A stretch of 64,000 bases of DNA, from assembly GCA_025611195.1 (NCBI GenBank), contig GCA_025611195.1_4718.1. One strand, 5' to 3'. How positions within the stretch are numbered: position 1 is the first letter of the stretch; the number at the start of each line of letters is the position of its first letter. Shown piece after piece: positions 9,015 to 18,250 of this stretch. The position numbers were made by a program, and so were the translations under genes. The stretch is from a phage. Below the pieces are notes generated by a model. It worked only from the letters and a program-made list of their open reading frames with translations. It was not told the DNA's origin and did no database searches.

Positions 9015-11573
9015 TTACTGCTCTTCACGTTCCAACAGATACTCGGAAGCGGTAATACCGTTTACCGTACGTACTGCTTTCAGACGAGTATCATCACTCA
9101 GAATCACGGTAACAGACTGCAGACCTTTTACTTTGGTCTCGAAGGTCTTGAATACCTGATCCAGCATACGAGCAATGCTTGGGTTGGTTGCAGCCGATGC
9201 GTGAGTGTAACCATTCTGGTTCAGCTTCAGAATCTTGGCGTTGGTTGGTACACGAAGAACAACATGCGGACGCATTGCGAACACACTGTGGTTAAACCAG
9301 TAAGCATCGTTACTATCTTCGTCGGTGACGATGTCTGGATTAACACGCATGTCTTCGGTAGCCGCGTCTGCCAAACGACGTTCGATTTCGTCAGCATCCA
9401 GAGAGCCGTCCTTCTCCAGTTCTGCACGATACTCACTCATGGCAACCAGATGACGTTCACGATTCGCTGCAGATTTTTCGTGAGCGGCTTTCAGGTAGTC
9501 ATGCATGTTGTACAGTTCTGCTATGGAAAGACGAATGTTCCACTGACCTTCGCCGTCACGATTGCAGTAGAGACACTTCAGCATGTTGACCCAGGTGTAG
9601 TAGCAATTGGAGAACTCATCTTCAATGAACTTTTGATCCATTTTAAGATCGTGAATCAGCCAACCGGACAGTTCTCCGATATCATCAACGAAGCTAGAGA
9701 TGGTGGTTTCAGAGAAGTTCTTCGGTACGATACGTTTGATCAGCTTGTTAACGTCTTTGGTCATGCTATCGTTCAGGAAATGCCAAATACGCAGAGGGAT
9801 GACGTCACGATACTGTTGCATGATCTGACGATAAGCTTTGATATCGTCGCTACGACCTTTATCAATAGACAACGCGTCCAGGAATTCATGGATAGCATCC
9901 AGCTCTTTGTCGGTATAGGTTCCCAGATAGGAATTGACCGTGGCAAGGAATGCTAATGCGTCGTTTTGGTTGACGTCAGTGTTGGTCTGCTGAATGATCG
10001 CTACTGCAGCTTTGGTTTCAGCATCCTCAACGCTTGACGCTGCGATCGCGTCGGTAACAGTAAACAGTTTCATTTCGCGCTGTTCGCCGACAACGATCGG
10101 TTCACGTTGAATCGGTTTGTTAAGACTAACGCGAACAACTTCTGCTTGCGCGATACGATCCAGTTTTACCATTTCCTGCTCTGCCATACGACGAGCGGTT
10201 GGATCTGATTCAAGTTCGATGTATTCCACTTCTTCCTCCGTGAGGGATGTAATGTCAACAATGGTTTCATGAAGAATTCCGTTTTCGTCGATACGTGCTC
10301 GACGAGCGAAGTGTCTGAAGTCATACAACGTTGGCCAGCGACAATTCGGCGCGTAGTCTTTGGCCTTCAAACGCATCTGCATAAATTCTTCATGTTGAAC
10401 AACACGACCGTAACGCTTAGCATCTTCGGTCGCATCAATTGGATTAACGGTCTTTGTTACCGTAGCGGAACGAGCCGTACGAATGGGTTCCGGTTTAGTC
10501 TGCACAGGTTCAGGTTGAACGGATTTCTGTTGTCCGGCCTTAACATGCCATTCGGGTTCTTCGTACCGTTCAGCAAATTGCTCGGCTGCTGCAAAGATAT
10601 CATTGATGCCACCAATATCTCCTTCTGGGTTCGTCGAATATACCCGTGGTTGCGGTGCCTCATAACGCGGCGCTGCGGTAGCAGGTGCGTCATTAACGAT
10701 AGGATCGTCATCACCAACATCGTACAAACGGTTGAACGCACAATCCTTCGAATCGATATACGATGGAGCTTGTGGTTGGATAACCGTCGGTCGAGGCTGT
10801 GCGCCGTATCCCGGCATTGTTGGAGCCATACCACGCATAACTGCCGGGTTAGGTTGGTATTGTGGTTGTGGGTAGGTTCCACCATACGTGGGATATGCGG
10901 GCTGTTGCGGTTGACCGTACCCACCGCCAACCATCGCATTTGCTTGCGGCCCACGGTAAGTCATCCCCAGTTGCATTACCTGCTGCTTCAGACCACGGGA
11001 CTTCTGCGCTATTTGCGCTAGACTCCCACTTTTATTTAGCTGCGTGTACTTATTCGCGGCTTCCGGGTTAATGCGCGATAATTCAATCGCACGATAATAT
11101 TCCGGGTATTGATTGGCTTCAAAGAGCCAGGTTACGAGGTGATACAGCGCAACTGTGCTCACAGCAGCAGAGACGATCTGGTCGTTGGACGCATTCTGCG
11201 GCATCGGGTTGATGTAAGAGAATACGTTCCAACAACAGTCTTCAACAAGCGATTCCATCATCATATCGTTATTGGTGTAACGTGCGACGAACTCGGTTTG
11301 TATTTTATCCTGTTGGGCGAAGTCTTTCAGGACATTGAAGACGGCTTGACGGATTTTGACGATCGTCGCTTCTTGGGTGATGAAGTTATAGTTCTGCTGA
11401 TATGATGGTTGTTGGTACTGTGGTTGTTGATAGGTGTTATTCGGGTATGCGCCGTACGGTGGTTGCTGGTACTGTTGCTGGCGAACCTGCTCAGCCGCAT
11501 AATTAATCGTGCTCGCATAAGGGTTTTCGCTGTAGCCCATTTGCTGATACATGTTGTTACTGCCATTATACAT
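9015..11573 (-). CDS. hypothetical protein (852 aa) with Gln/Tyr/Pro-rich low-complexity segments
   Basis: AAGGA SD before ATG 11573; N-terminal ~64 aa and an internal ~58 aa stretch (GGGYGQPQQPAYPTYGGTYPQPQYQP...) are Q/Y/P/G-rich. Confidence 0.8.
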   Translation of the reverse strand: MYNGSNNMYQQMGYSENPYASTINYAAEQVRQQQYQQPPYGAYPNNTYQQPQYQQPSYQQNYNFITQEATIVKIRQAVFNVLKDFAQQDKIQTEFVARYTNNDMMMESLVEDCCWNVFSYINPMPQNASNDQIVSAAVSTVALYHLVTWLFEANQYPEYYRAIELSRINPEAANKYTQLNKSGSLAQIAQKSRGLKQQVMQLGMTYRGPQANAMVGGGYGQPQQPAYPTYGGTYPQPQYQPNPAVMRGMAPTMPGYGAQPRPTVIQPQAPSYIDSKDCAFNRLYDVGDDDPIVNDAPATAAPRYEAPQPRVYSTNPEGDIGGINDIFAAAEQFAERYEEPEWHVKAGQQKSVQPEPVQTKPEPIRTARSATVTKTVNPIDATEDAKRYGRVVQHEEFMQMRLKAKDYAPNCRWPTLYDFRHFARRARIDENGILHETIVDITSLTEEEVEYIELESDPTARRMAEQEMVKLDRIAQAEVVRVSLNKPIQREPIVVGEQREMKLFTVTDAIAASSVEDAETKAAVAIIQQTNTDVNQNDALAFLATVNSYLGTYTDKELDAIHEFLDALSIDKGRSDDIKAYRQIMQQYRDVIPLRIWHFLNDSMTKDVNKLIKRIVPKNFSETTISSFVDDIGELSGWLIHDLKMDQKFIEDEFSNCYYTWVNMLKCLYCNRDGEGQWNIRLSIAELYNMHDYLKAAHEKSAANRERHLVAMSEYRAELEKDGSLDADEIERRLADAATEDMRVNPDIVTDEDSNDAYWFNHSVFAMRPHVVLRVPTNAKILKLNQNGYTHASAATNPSIARMLDQVFKTFETKVKGLQSVTVILSDDTRLKAVRTVNGITASEYLLEREEQ
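10754..10930 (-). other. Gln/Tyr/Pro/Gly-rich low-complexity coding segment
   Basis: Encodes GGGYGQPQQPAYPTYGGTYPQPQYQPNPAVMRGMAPTMPGYGAQPRPTVIQPQAPSY within 9015-11573; a similar segment occupies the N-terminal ~64 codons (about 11380-11573). Coordinates approximate. Confidence 0.6.
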
Positions 11574-11608
11574 TTCTTACGATCCTTTTTATTTTATTCG
11601 GTTATGTG

Positions 11609-13405
11609 TCAATCGATTATGTCACGATCGTTAATTTCTACAATTTCTTCATCGAATCGACCGACGTCTTTCTTCAAGCCTGCATTTGTTGCTGCAACGT
11701 CATTTGCGATTTGTGGGGTAATGATTAACCGACCGCGTTCATCGATAGGTGCGTACATACTGAACTTCTGACGTCCGGTTGGTTCGGAGTGTGGAAGATT
11801 CAGATAGCTTGCGCAGAACGGGATGGAACCACTCACCAAACGACTCTCGTCAGCCAACGCAGCACCGCCTGCATTTTGGCTCTGGAGAACAACATGCGTG
11901 CTCACTTTGAACAGCATGCAATCGCCCGGTGACTGAATCGATGTTGCCACTTTCTCACGCTTATCACGATTGCTCTGGATATTGAGAATCGCTTCCGTTG
12001 CAACTTGATTGCGCAACGCCTTCTGTACATCGCGATTGGTCATCTCTTTACGGTTGTTCTGTCGTTTACCACGTTCCGTGGTTTTAAGATGGAACCCCAG
12101 TTTAAAGATGCTTTTACGCACATCCTCCATGACGTATTCCAACACCATCAATTCCTTACCGAACATCGTCGTGGTATCAACACGACTCATTTCGATAGTA
12201 ACGTTGTCAATCAGATACGCCATAAATTCGTAGAAGTCGTCGCAAGGAATATTTTCCTGTTTGAACTTCTTCTGTTGAATTTCATCAACGTAAAGATCGA
12301 GACTGTCGATGTGGTGGTTTACATCACGCAACAAACGCGCATCCGCATTGTTGTTATTAAAGATAATCAAACCGAGTAATGTACGCCAATGGTCTGGCGC
12401 ATTAGCGAACTCTTCAACCGGATAGTCTTCCGGGAAACGATCGTAATAACGGTCGATGAGATATAAGAACGCGCCGACAAGGCCAAGAACAATACGTTCC
12501 GTACCTCCACGTCTTACAGCGATTTGAATATCGGGATGTTTATAACGTACAGCGTTAGCGCTACGGCTTTTACCGCTTTTGCTGATACTAAAGCCTTTAG
12601 GAATAACCCCCATGGTGCGATAGATTACCCATTGGTCGCGCGGAAAATCGCGTTCAGCAAGATTCCGTCCGGTGACGGCTTCGACGCCAGCAAAACGTCG
12701 GAAACATTCACCCACCCCATACTTCGCAAAGAGATAGTGACCCAGTGTGGTTACGCTGGTGTGGTTGATGTTGTCACCGTTCACTTTACTTTGTTTGGTA
12801 AGATGATAGATTTGCGACCAGGGTAACGACAGGTAATGACGATAATCGATACCCGTTGGTGTATCATTGCTCAGGAACTGATACGGTGTACGTTTAACCG
12901 TGATTTTGTCACGCGGAAGCATGATGAACGCCATGTCTTTCGTGTAACTGATTACAGGGTCAGCGAGCACTGCACTGAGAATGAAGTTCGCACCACGTAG
13001 ACGCATTTTACCACCCTGACCTACCGCGGGCAATAGGAGAGGATGTCGGATAATGCAGTAGTCCTTTCCTGGTTCGCGGCGGTCACCTGATTCCATCGCA
13101 CCATACCAGCGGAATTCTAGCATCACCATAAACACGTCGGAAGGTGCAAGGTCGAAGGTCAGCTTACCGCTATCCTTCCCTTTGGTTTTCTTTCCTCCGC
13201 TTAAGTAGTGGAACTGTTCGCGGGCCATACAACGACGCAGGCCATGATACACCAGATCCTTAGGTAAACTATCTTTGCTGTTCCGCCAAAGACGATCAAC
13301 ATAGGACTCAACATCTTGCATCTTATCGACGACGATGTTGCGTGCTATCTTCTCGTTCATCTTCGGTGCAAGCTCAGCGACAGCTTTGCAGAATCTAGGA
13401 TCCAT
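11609..13405 (-). CDS. hypothetical protein (598 aa)
   Basis: AAAGGAG SD before ATG 13405; no P-loop or polymerase motif recognised. Confidence 0.8.
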   Translation of the reverse strand: MDPRFCKAVAELAPKMNEKIARNIVVDKMQDVESYVDRLWRNSKDSLPKDLVYHGLRRCMAREQFHYLSGGKKTKGKDSGKLTFDLAPSDVFMVMLEFRWYGAMESGDRREPGKDYCIIRHPLLLPAVGQGGKMRLRGANFILSAVLADPVISYTKDMAFIMLPRDKITVKRTPYQFLSNDTPTGIDYRHYLSLPWSQIYHLTKQSKVNGDNINHTSVTTLGHYLFAKYGVGECFRRFAGVEAVTGRNLAERDFPRDQWVIYRTMGVIPKGFSISKSGKSRSANAVRYKHPDIQIAVRRGGTERIVLGLVGAFLYLIDRYYDRFPEDYPVEEFANAPDHWRTLLGLIIFNNNNADARLLRDVNHHIDSLDLYVDEIQQKKFKQENIPCDDFYEFMAYLIDNVTIEMSRVDTTTMFGKELMVLEYVMEDVRKSIFKLGFHLKTTERGKRQNNRKEMTNRDVQKALRNQVATEAILNIQSNRDKREKVATSIQSPGDCMLFKVSTHVVLQSQNAGGAALADESRLVSGSIPFCASYLNLPHSEPTGRQKFSMYAPIDERGRLIITPQIANDVAATNAGLKKDVGRFDEEIVEINDRDIID

Positions 13406-13444
13406 TACTCACTCCTTTCAGAAAGTTGCTTAAGCAGATTAAAG

Positions 13445-14881
13445 TTACTTTTTCGATGACGTCTTCTCAAGAATCTTGAAAAAGGTCATACCTATACCGA
13501 CAACGGCCGCAGTTATACTCGCAGCGGCTTTCCAAACATCGACGTTACGTTGACGTCGCGCTTCTTCCGCTTCACGTTGTCTTTTTGCCTCTTCATCACG
13601 TCGACGTATCTCAGCAGCAAACTCGTCGTGCTTACGTTTGGCTTCTTCGTCTCGACGACGAAGTTCAGCGACGAATTCTTCATGTTTGCGTTTGGCCTCG
13701 TCATCACGACGTTTTAAATCAGCTTGATAATCTTCGTGTATTTGTCTACGTAGATCATCTTGACGTTTCATTTCGGCTTGGTGTTGTTCCATCCTACGTT
13801 TTGATTCGTCTCTAAGCTGATCGAGTTCGGCTTTGTGTTGTTCATCGCGCAGCTTTGCGTCGGCGCGATGCGCTTCGTGCATCTGTGCGATAACCGCCTT
13901 GTGTTCATCCGCCATACGCCGCATTTCAGCCATCACCCCTTTAAGGGTTTCTTCTGATGACTTACGTTCATAGCTACGCTGGTCGAAATCATTTTTGTAG
14001 GCTTCTTTTTGGATGGGGTCGCGCCAATGCAATGCCGATTCACGTGTCGGAAAAACATTATACTTCCACATCTCTTTTTCCAAATCTTCGACCGGTACGA
14101 AGACGGAGTCGTTATTCCCGAAGGTAACCAACATACCTGGCGCGCCTGCTCCATTCGTTGGTTTTATTTCGAACGCTTTCCCCAGCACGTTAACCCATAG
14201 GCTATACGGATTATGAAAGTCGGGCGGCGTCCAATGGATAGTGAGTTGCGTTCCGAGAATCCGGAAACCCTCTGTCTTTCCTGTCAAGCTCCGCGCACAT
14301 GTTGCGATGTAGGGGTGATCAATCCCTTTCGTAACATGGTCTGCGCTTTTGTATTCTCCTTTAACTTTTACGATTGCCACGTTGATTTGCGCGACATAAA
14401 TAGGTTGATTAAAGTTCAACGTGTTGAGGTCAATTTGACATATCTCATCCAGCGTATCGTACCAGTCTTGCTGGTCTAATAGACGCGGTATTTTCTCTGT
14501 GTTAACGGTGCGATGGATATGCGGTTTCCTTATCGCATAACCGGTGCCGTTTTTAACGCGGAGTATATCCCGACGTCTACCCGCGTAGACGAAGTTTCTG
14601 AATGCACCATTCGCATTAGATATGTCATGGCTGTCAACTATTACAGGACTACGAAATTTTGAACGTCGTACGATCCTGAATGTATTGCCGTCCTCAACTC
14701 TACCAGGAATGTACTGGAACATATTGTCGGAGGTGATAACCAACACGGTATGGCCGGATTCATTAATACATGCCCACCCTAATTCCAGGTCATACAACGG
14801 TTCAGCATAACCGTCAATGCGATATGCGTGCGTACCATCCCACGGTTCGAACGCGGTATCACATATTGGCATGGAGGGCAT
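13445..14881 (-). CDS. tail-anchored coiled-coil membrane protein (putative)
   Basis: Track start TTG 14887; GGAGG SD then ATG at 14881. C-terminal third is charged repeats (RRRDEEAKRKH-EF-AE) followed by a hydrophobic segment ITAAVVGIGMTFFKIL near the C-terminus. Confidence 0.75.
   Translation of the reverse strand: MPSMPICDTAFEPWDGTHAYRIDGYAEPLYDLELGWACINESGHTVLVITSDNMFQYIPGRVEDGNTFRIVRRSKFRSPVIVDSHDISNANGAFRNFVYAGRRRDILRVKNGTGYAIRKPHIHRTVNTEKIPRLLDQQDWYDTLDEICQIDLNTLNFNQPIYVAQINVAIVKVKGEYKSADHVTKGIDHPYIATCARSLTGKTEGFRILGTQLTIHWTPPDFHNPYSLWVNVLGKAFEIKPTNGAGAPGMLVTFGNNDSVFVPVEDLEKEMWKYNVFPTRESALHWRDPIQKEAYKNDFDQRSYERKSSEETLKGVMAEMRRMADEHKAVIAQMHEAHRADAKLRDEQHKAELDQLRDESKRRMEQHQAEMKRQDDLRRQIHEDYQADLKRRDDEAKRKHEEFVAELRRRDEEAKRKHDEFAAEIRRRDEEAKRQREAEEARRQRNVDVWKAAASITAAVVGIGMTFFKILEKTSSKK
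13553..13714. repeat. three degenerate tandem copies of a 54-bp unit inside the coiled-coil gene
   Basis: Units 13553-13606, 13607-13660, 13661-13714 (about two thirds identical by eye), each encoding an 18-aa RRRDEEAKRKH-EF-AE-type repeat. Confidence 0.6.
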
Positions 14882-15028
14882 CGTCAACCTCCATCAGATT
14901 GAAAACTATCACGCATAATGCATTTCCCTTTTCTTGTTCTTATCAAGCCGACAGCCGACGGTTTCAGCATCGTCCCTAGCGCGAGAACGACCTTACGTGT
15001 TGTCTATGCCTTATTAATCGCAGGCGTC

Positions 15029-15056
15029 TGTCACCTAGGTAATGTAAGCGTCAAAT
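15029..15056 (-). promoter_or_regulatory. diverged copy B of the promoter-like motif (TACATTAC variant)
   Basis: Minus strand reads ...GACGCTTACATTACCTAGGTGACAG; shares the ATTACCTAGGTGA core; upstream of gene 13445-14881. Confidence 0.35.
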
Positions 15057-15089
15057 TTTTTCTATTTATAACGATAAACGGCATAGAAA

Positions 15090-15119
15090 CCTCCCCCAAC
15101 CCTTACGGGCTGAGGGAGG
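15090..15119. terminator. GC-rich hairpin downstream of the capsid gene
   Basis: cctccc-cc-aa-ccc-ttac-ggg-ctga-gggagg; flanked by CATA (15082-15085) and TATG (15126-15129). Confidence 0.55.
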
Positions 15120-15218
15120 CTGACTTATGTATCACGGTGCCGGATGAATGTCCGGTGCAATGAAACCATCCGCAACGTTGTCGTCAAGAATATCATCCAA
15201 CGAAGCAGCTACGGTAGT

Positions 15219-17441
15219 TCAGTTAGTCTGAACCGGCAGCTTGATGTTTTCAGTGTAGACCTTACGCAGGTTCACAACGTTAATCAGACCCAGCAGCGGG
15301 CAGTTGTTAACGAAGCGGCAGCGAGGCTGAACCATGGTTTCTTTAGAAACCTGACCGTTACGGGTAACCTGAGCAACAGATACCAGTTCCGGTACATACA
15401 GGAACATACCGAAGGTCAGCGGATCCGGAGAACCCTGGATACCACGAGACAGGGTCACGAAGATCTTATCACGCAGCAGGACGTTCGGGTTATCTACAAC
15501 CACGAAGTTGAAGCTTACACCAACGGTACGGAAATCACCATCGGTCTGCAGGAACTGCGGGATGTAGTTGTCGGTTGCTACTACGCAACGCGGTTTCTCA
15601 TCAGCGTTGGAAGACAGCAGCTGCAGAGCTGGCTGATAACCAGACTCGGAGTACATGCGATATGCCATCTCACGAATCACGTTCATGATCGCAGCGGACA
15701 CTTCGGCACGACGTTCTGCAGTGGTGGTACCCTGAACAGATTTCGCCAGGTCCAGATTGATTTCTTCGAACCACGGACGGATCAGGTAACGACCGAAACC
15801 TTCGATCTGGATATCACCGAACTGACGGAAGCGAGAGGTCGCAACCGCTTTCAGTGCATCTTTGTAGCTGAACAGTTTCTCAACCATCAGGTTGTCGAAA
15901 CGTGCGTTAGCAGCTTGGATCAGAACGTCCAGGTCAGCAGCGTTTTCTTCCCAATCCAGCGGACGAGGAATAGAGAACGGAGCCAGCAGGCCGATTGCGT
16001 AACGTTCTTGCTTCATGTTGAAGTCAAGGTGTTTACCACGTTCACGACGGTTGCTGTTGTTACGGCGAATACGCAGTTCGTAACCAACCAGTTTGAAGCT
16101 CAGGTCGTCAGCCAGGTCTTTAAATTCTTGGCTCTTACGCGGCTGTTCGATGTTGTCCTGATCAACCAGGCGATACAGTTCAGCGTTAGCACCGTTAACA
16201 CGCAGACCTGCTTTCTCTACGTTGGAAGAACCGTAAACTTCGATAGCCAGCTGAGCAGCAGATTTCGCATCGATGATGTCCTGCAGCGCTTCAGCTTTCG
16301 CGCCTTTAACGTCAACGGTGTTCTCATCAACGAAGATGGAGTGGGTGTCGAACGCCAGGGTCATTTTGCGGAAGTCGCCTTCCAGGGATTTCTGGAAACC
16401 GTTGGTAATCAGACCGGATACGTCGAACGGAACGTAAGAGGTCTTGCTGTGCTTGGCTGATTTGATTTCCACCAGGATTTTGGTCAGCGTGATCTGAGCA
16501 TCCAGCGCGTCGGTGTTGTCGCTGTAACCGTTAGCCAGAATGCTATCGTCTTCAGCGATACCGATCATGTCGATCAGTTTATCAACAGCCAGGTAAGACG
16601 TTTTGTAAGTTACGCCTTTGATCTCGATGTCGCGCGGAGCAACGATAGTTTTGTCAACGAAGTACTGCGCGTTAGCATCGTCAGCACGATAGATCGGATG
16701 CAGATCGGTCACGTCGTTGGACAGAACGTCGTTGTACATGAACGCATCCAGCAGCGGACGACGTACCCAATCAGCCGGAGTACCGTCAGCGTTACGACGC
16801 AGGTGGTTGAACACCAGCGGACGACGGAAAGATACATCATAACCGATCTGGTTCGGAGCCAGAACGATGGTGTTGTACAGTTCGTTACCCATGCGGCTCA
16901 GACGAGAAGCCTTCACGTTGAACACAACGGAGTACGGCATCATGTCACGCAGTTCTTTCTGGTCGTAGGACAGCTGAACCAGTTCTTCAGATTCGCAACC
17001 GCAGGAATCAGCAGCCATCATGACGAAGTTAGAGCTGTCAACTTCACGGCCAGACGGAGTGGTGCTGATGTTCATGGAACGTGCTTGTTTAGCATATTCC
17101 ACCGGGTTGCCATGAGCCAGCATGATCAGTGCTGCTGCACGAGCCTGCTGTGCGTTCATGGTGAACAGCTGTTCTTCAATACGCTGCTTCTCTTCCGGAG
17201 TGGTGGTTTCGAAGCCCAGCATGGACAGAACCGGTTCTTCTGCTTTACGGATGTCGCTGCTGAAGCTCTTAACATCCATATCGTTAACCAGTTTGTCCAT
17301 GGATTTGAAATCAACCTTAGAAGCAGATTCCATAGACAGGAAGGTGTTCTCCAGACCTTTGTCTGCTGGTTTGCTACCATTAGCGGTCAGGAACTGGCGA
17401 GTGGCCGCGACCTGTTGGCTAAGAAGGGTTTTATCATTCAT
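15219..17441 (-). CDS. putative major capsid protein (740 aa, phiKZ-like size class)
   Basis: AAAGGA SD before ATG 17441; codon usage strikingly different from neighbours (CTG, CGT, GGT, AAC, ACC, TTC dominate), consistent with very high expression. The antisense track ORFs 15144-16460 and 16698-17444 are by-products of that bias. Confidence 0.55.
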   Translation of the reverse strand: MNDKTLLSQQVAATRQFLTANGSKPADKGLENTFLSMESASKVDFKSMDKLVNDMDVKSFSSDIRKAEEPVLSMLGFETTTPEEKQRIEEQLFTMNAQQARAAALIMLAHGNPVEYAKQARSMNISTTPSGREVDSSNFVMMAADSCGCESEELVQLSYDQKELRDMMPYSVVFNVKASRLSRMGNELYNTIVLAPNQIGYDVSFRRPLVFNHLRRNADGTPADWVRRPLLDAFMYNDVLSNDVTDLHPIYRADDANAQYFVDKTIVAPRDIEIKGVTYKTSYLAVDKLIDMIGIAEDDSILANGYSDNTDALDAQITLTKILVEIKSAKHSKTSYVPFDVSGLITNGFQKSLEGDFRKMTLAFDTHSIFVDENTVDVKGAKAEALQDIIDAKSAAQLAIEVYGSSNVEKAGLRVNGANAELYRLVDQDNIEQPRKSQEFKDLADDLSFKLVGYELRIRRNNSNRRERGKHLDFNMKQERYAIGLLAPFSIPRPLDWEENAADLDVLIQAANARFDNLMVEKLFSYKDALKAVATSRFRQFGDIQIEGFGRYLIRPWFEEINLDLAKSVQGTTTAERRAEVSAAIMNVIREMAYRMYSESGYQPALQLLSSNADEKPRCVVATDNYIPQFLQTDGDFRTVGVSFNFVVVDNPNVLLRDKIFVTLSRGIQGSPDPLTFGMFLYVPELVSVAQVTRNGQVSKETMVQPRCRFVNNCPLLGLINVVNLRKVYTENIKLPVQTN

Positions 17442-17590
17442 TGAAAGTATCCTTTACAGAATTAACTTATATAAGTCGGTCGATAGACCATAGCGTACAC
17501 GCGTGCATGCGCCACTATAGTATCAGTAAACACTTACCGTTATTGAGGTTGTGATACAACACTAAAAATGCCGCATAACTTTTCCCTACG

Positions 17591-18211
17591 TCACAAACGA
17601 CGCAGGCGATAATGGATGGAACGATTGGTGCAATATGAACGGAACAGCGGCAATTGCGCAACTTCCGCAAGACTCATATTAATTCGCAGATGTTCAATAA
17701 CGGCGCTGTAGTTATCAGCAATACGATCGCTCAATAACTCTTCTGCCAATAAAGGAAGACAATCGACAACAATCGCGATCACATCCTCATTAACATAACG
17801 CACCCGAACACTCAACGGACGTTTGTCTGGGCTGTAAGTTGGATCCGCCAAACGACGTTCAATATCACGCGGATAGCTCGTCAGTAAATGGTAATAACCA
17901 TTGTCATAACGATTGATGTACTCACACAGCACATCAACATTCTTCTCCGACGGCAAACCTGTTTCGTCATAGTGATACGCAAACATACCACCAAGTAGGT
18001 TGTTAAGATGTACCGCAGGGTTCGCTTGTTCGTGTTCTTTCGTGATGAAGAAAGGCACGTTTTGGGCTGCGAAATAAAAACCTACATCATTGGGCGATAG
18101 TATGCCGAAAAGACTTTTAGGATCCAACAGCACCTGTAAGTCATCACGCGCATTTCGAATAATCGCGTGTTCTACCCAATTCGGAACGACGAGATATCGG
18201 AGTTCCTTCAT
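17591..18211 (-). CDS. hypothetical protein (206 aa)
   Basis: AGAGG SD before ATG 18211; divergent from the helicase gene. Confidence 0.7.
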   Translation of the reverse strand: MKELRYLVVPNWVEHAIIRNARDDLQVLLDPKSLFGILSPNDVGFYFAAQNVPFFITKEHEQANPAVHLNNLLGGMFAYHYDETGLPSEKNVDVLCEYINRYDNGYYHLLTSYPRDIERRLADPTYSPDKRPLSVRVRYVNEDVIAIVVDCLPLLAEELLSDRIADNYSAVIEHLRINMSLAEVAQLPLFRSYCTNRSIHYRLRRL

Positions 18212-18250
18212 TATGATTACCTCTTTGCAAGTATCGAAAGGATTGAGTCG

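Noticed and set aside
9201-11071. Plus-strand ORFs 9201-9956, 10269-11021, 10862-11071
   Set aside because: Nested antisense within the 852-aa minus-strand gene; Cys/Arg/Trp-rich junk composition.
11609-13405. Calling the 598-aa protein an RNAP subunit, terminase or shell protein
   Set aside because: No NADFDGD, no beta GDK..HGNKG, no Walker A; the weak HPLLL similarity to beta-prime is not enough. Left as hypothetical.
15144-17444. Long plus-strand track ORFs 15144-16460 (438 aa) and 16698-17444 (248 aa)
   Set aside because: They lie antisense to the capsid gene; their length is a by-product of its extreme codon bias (few stop codons in the reverse frames); no SD and no plausible protein composition.
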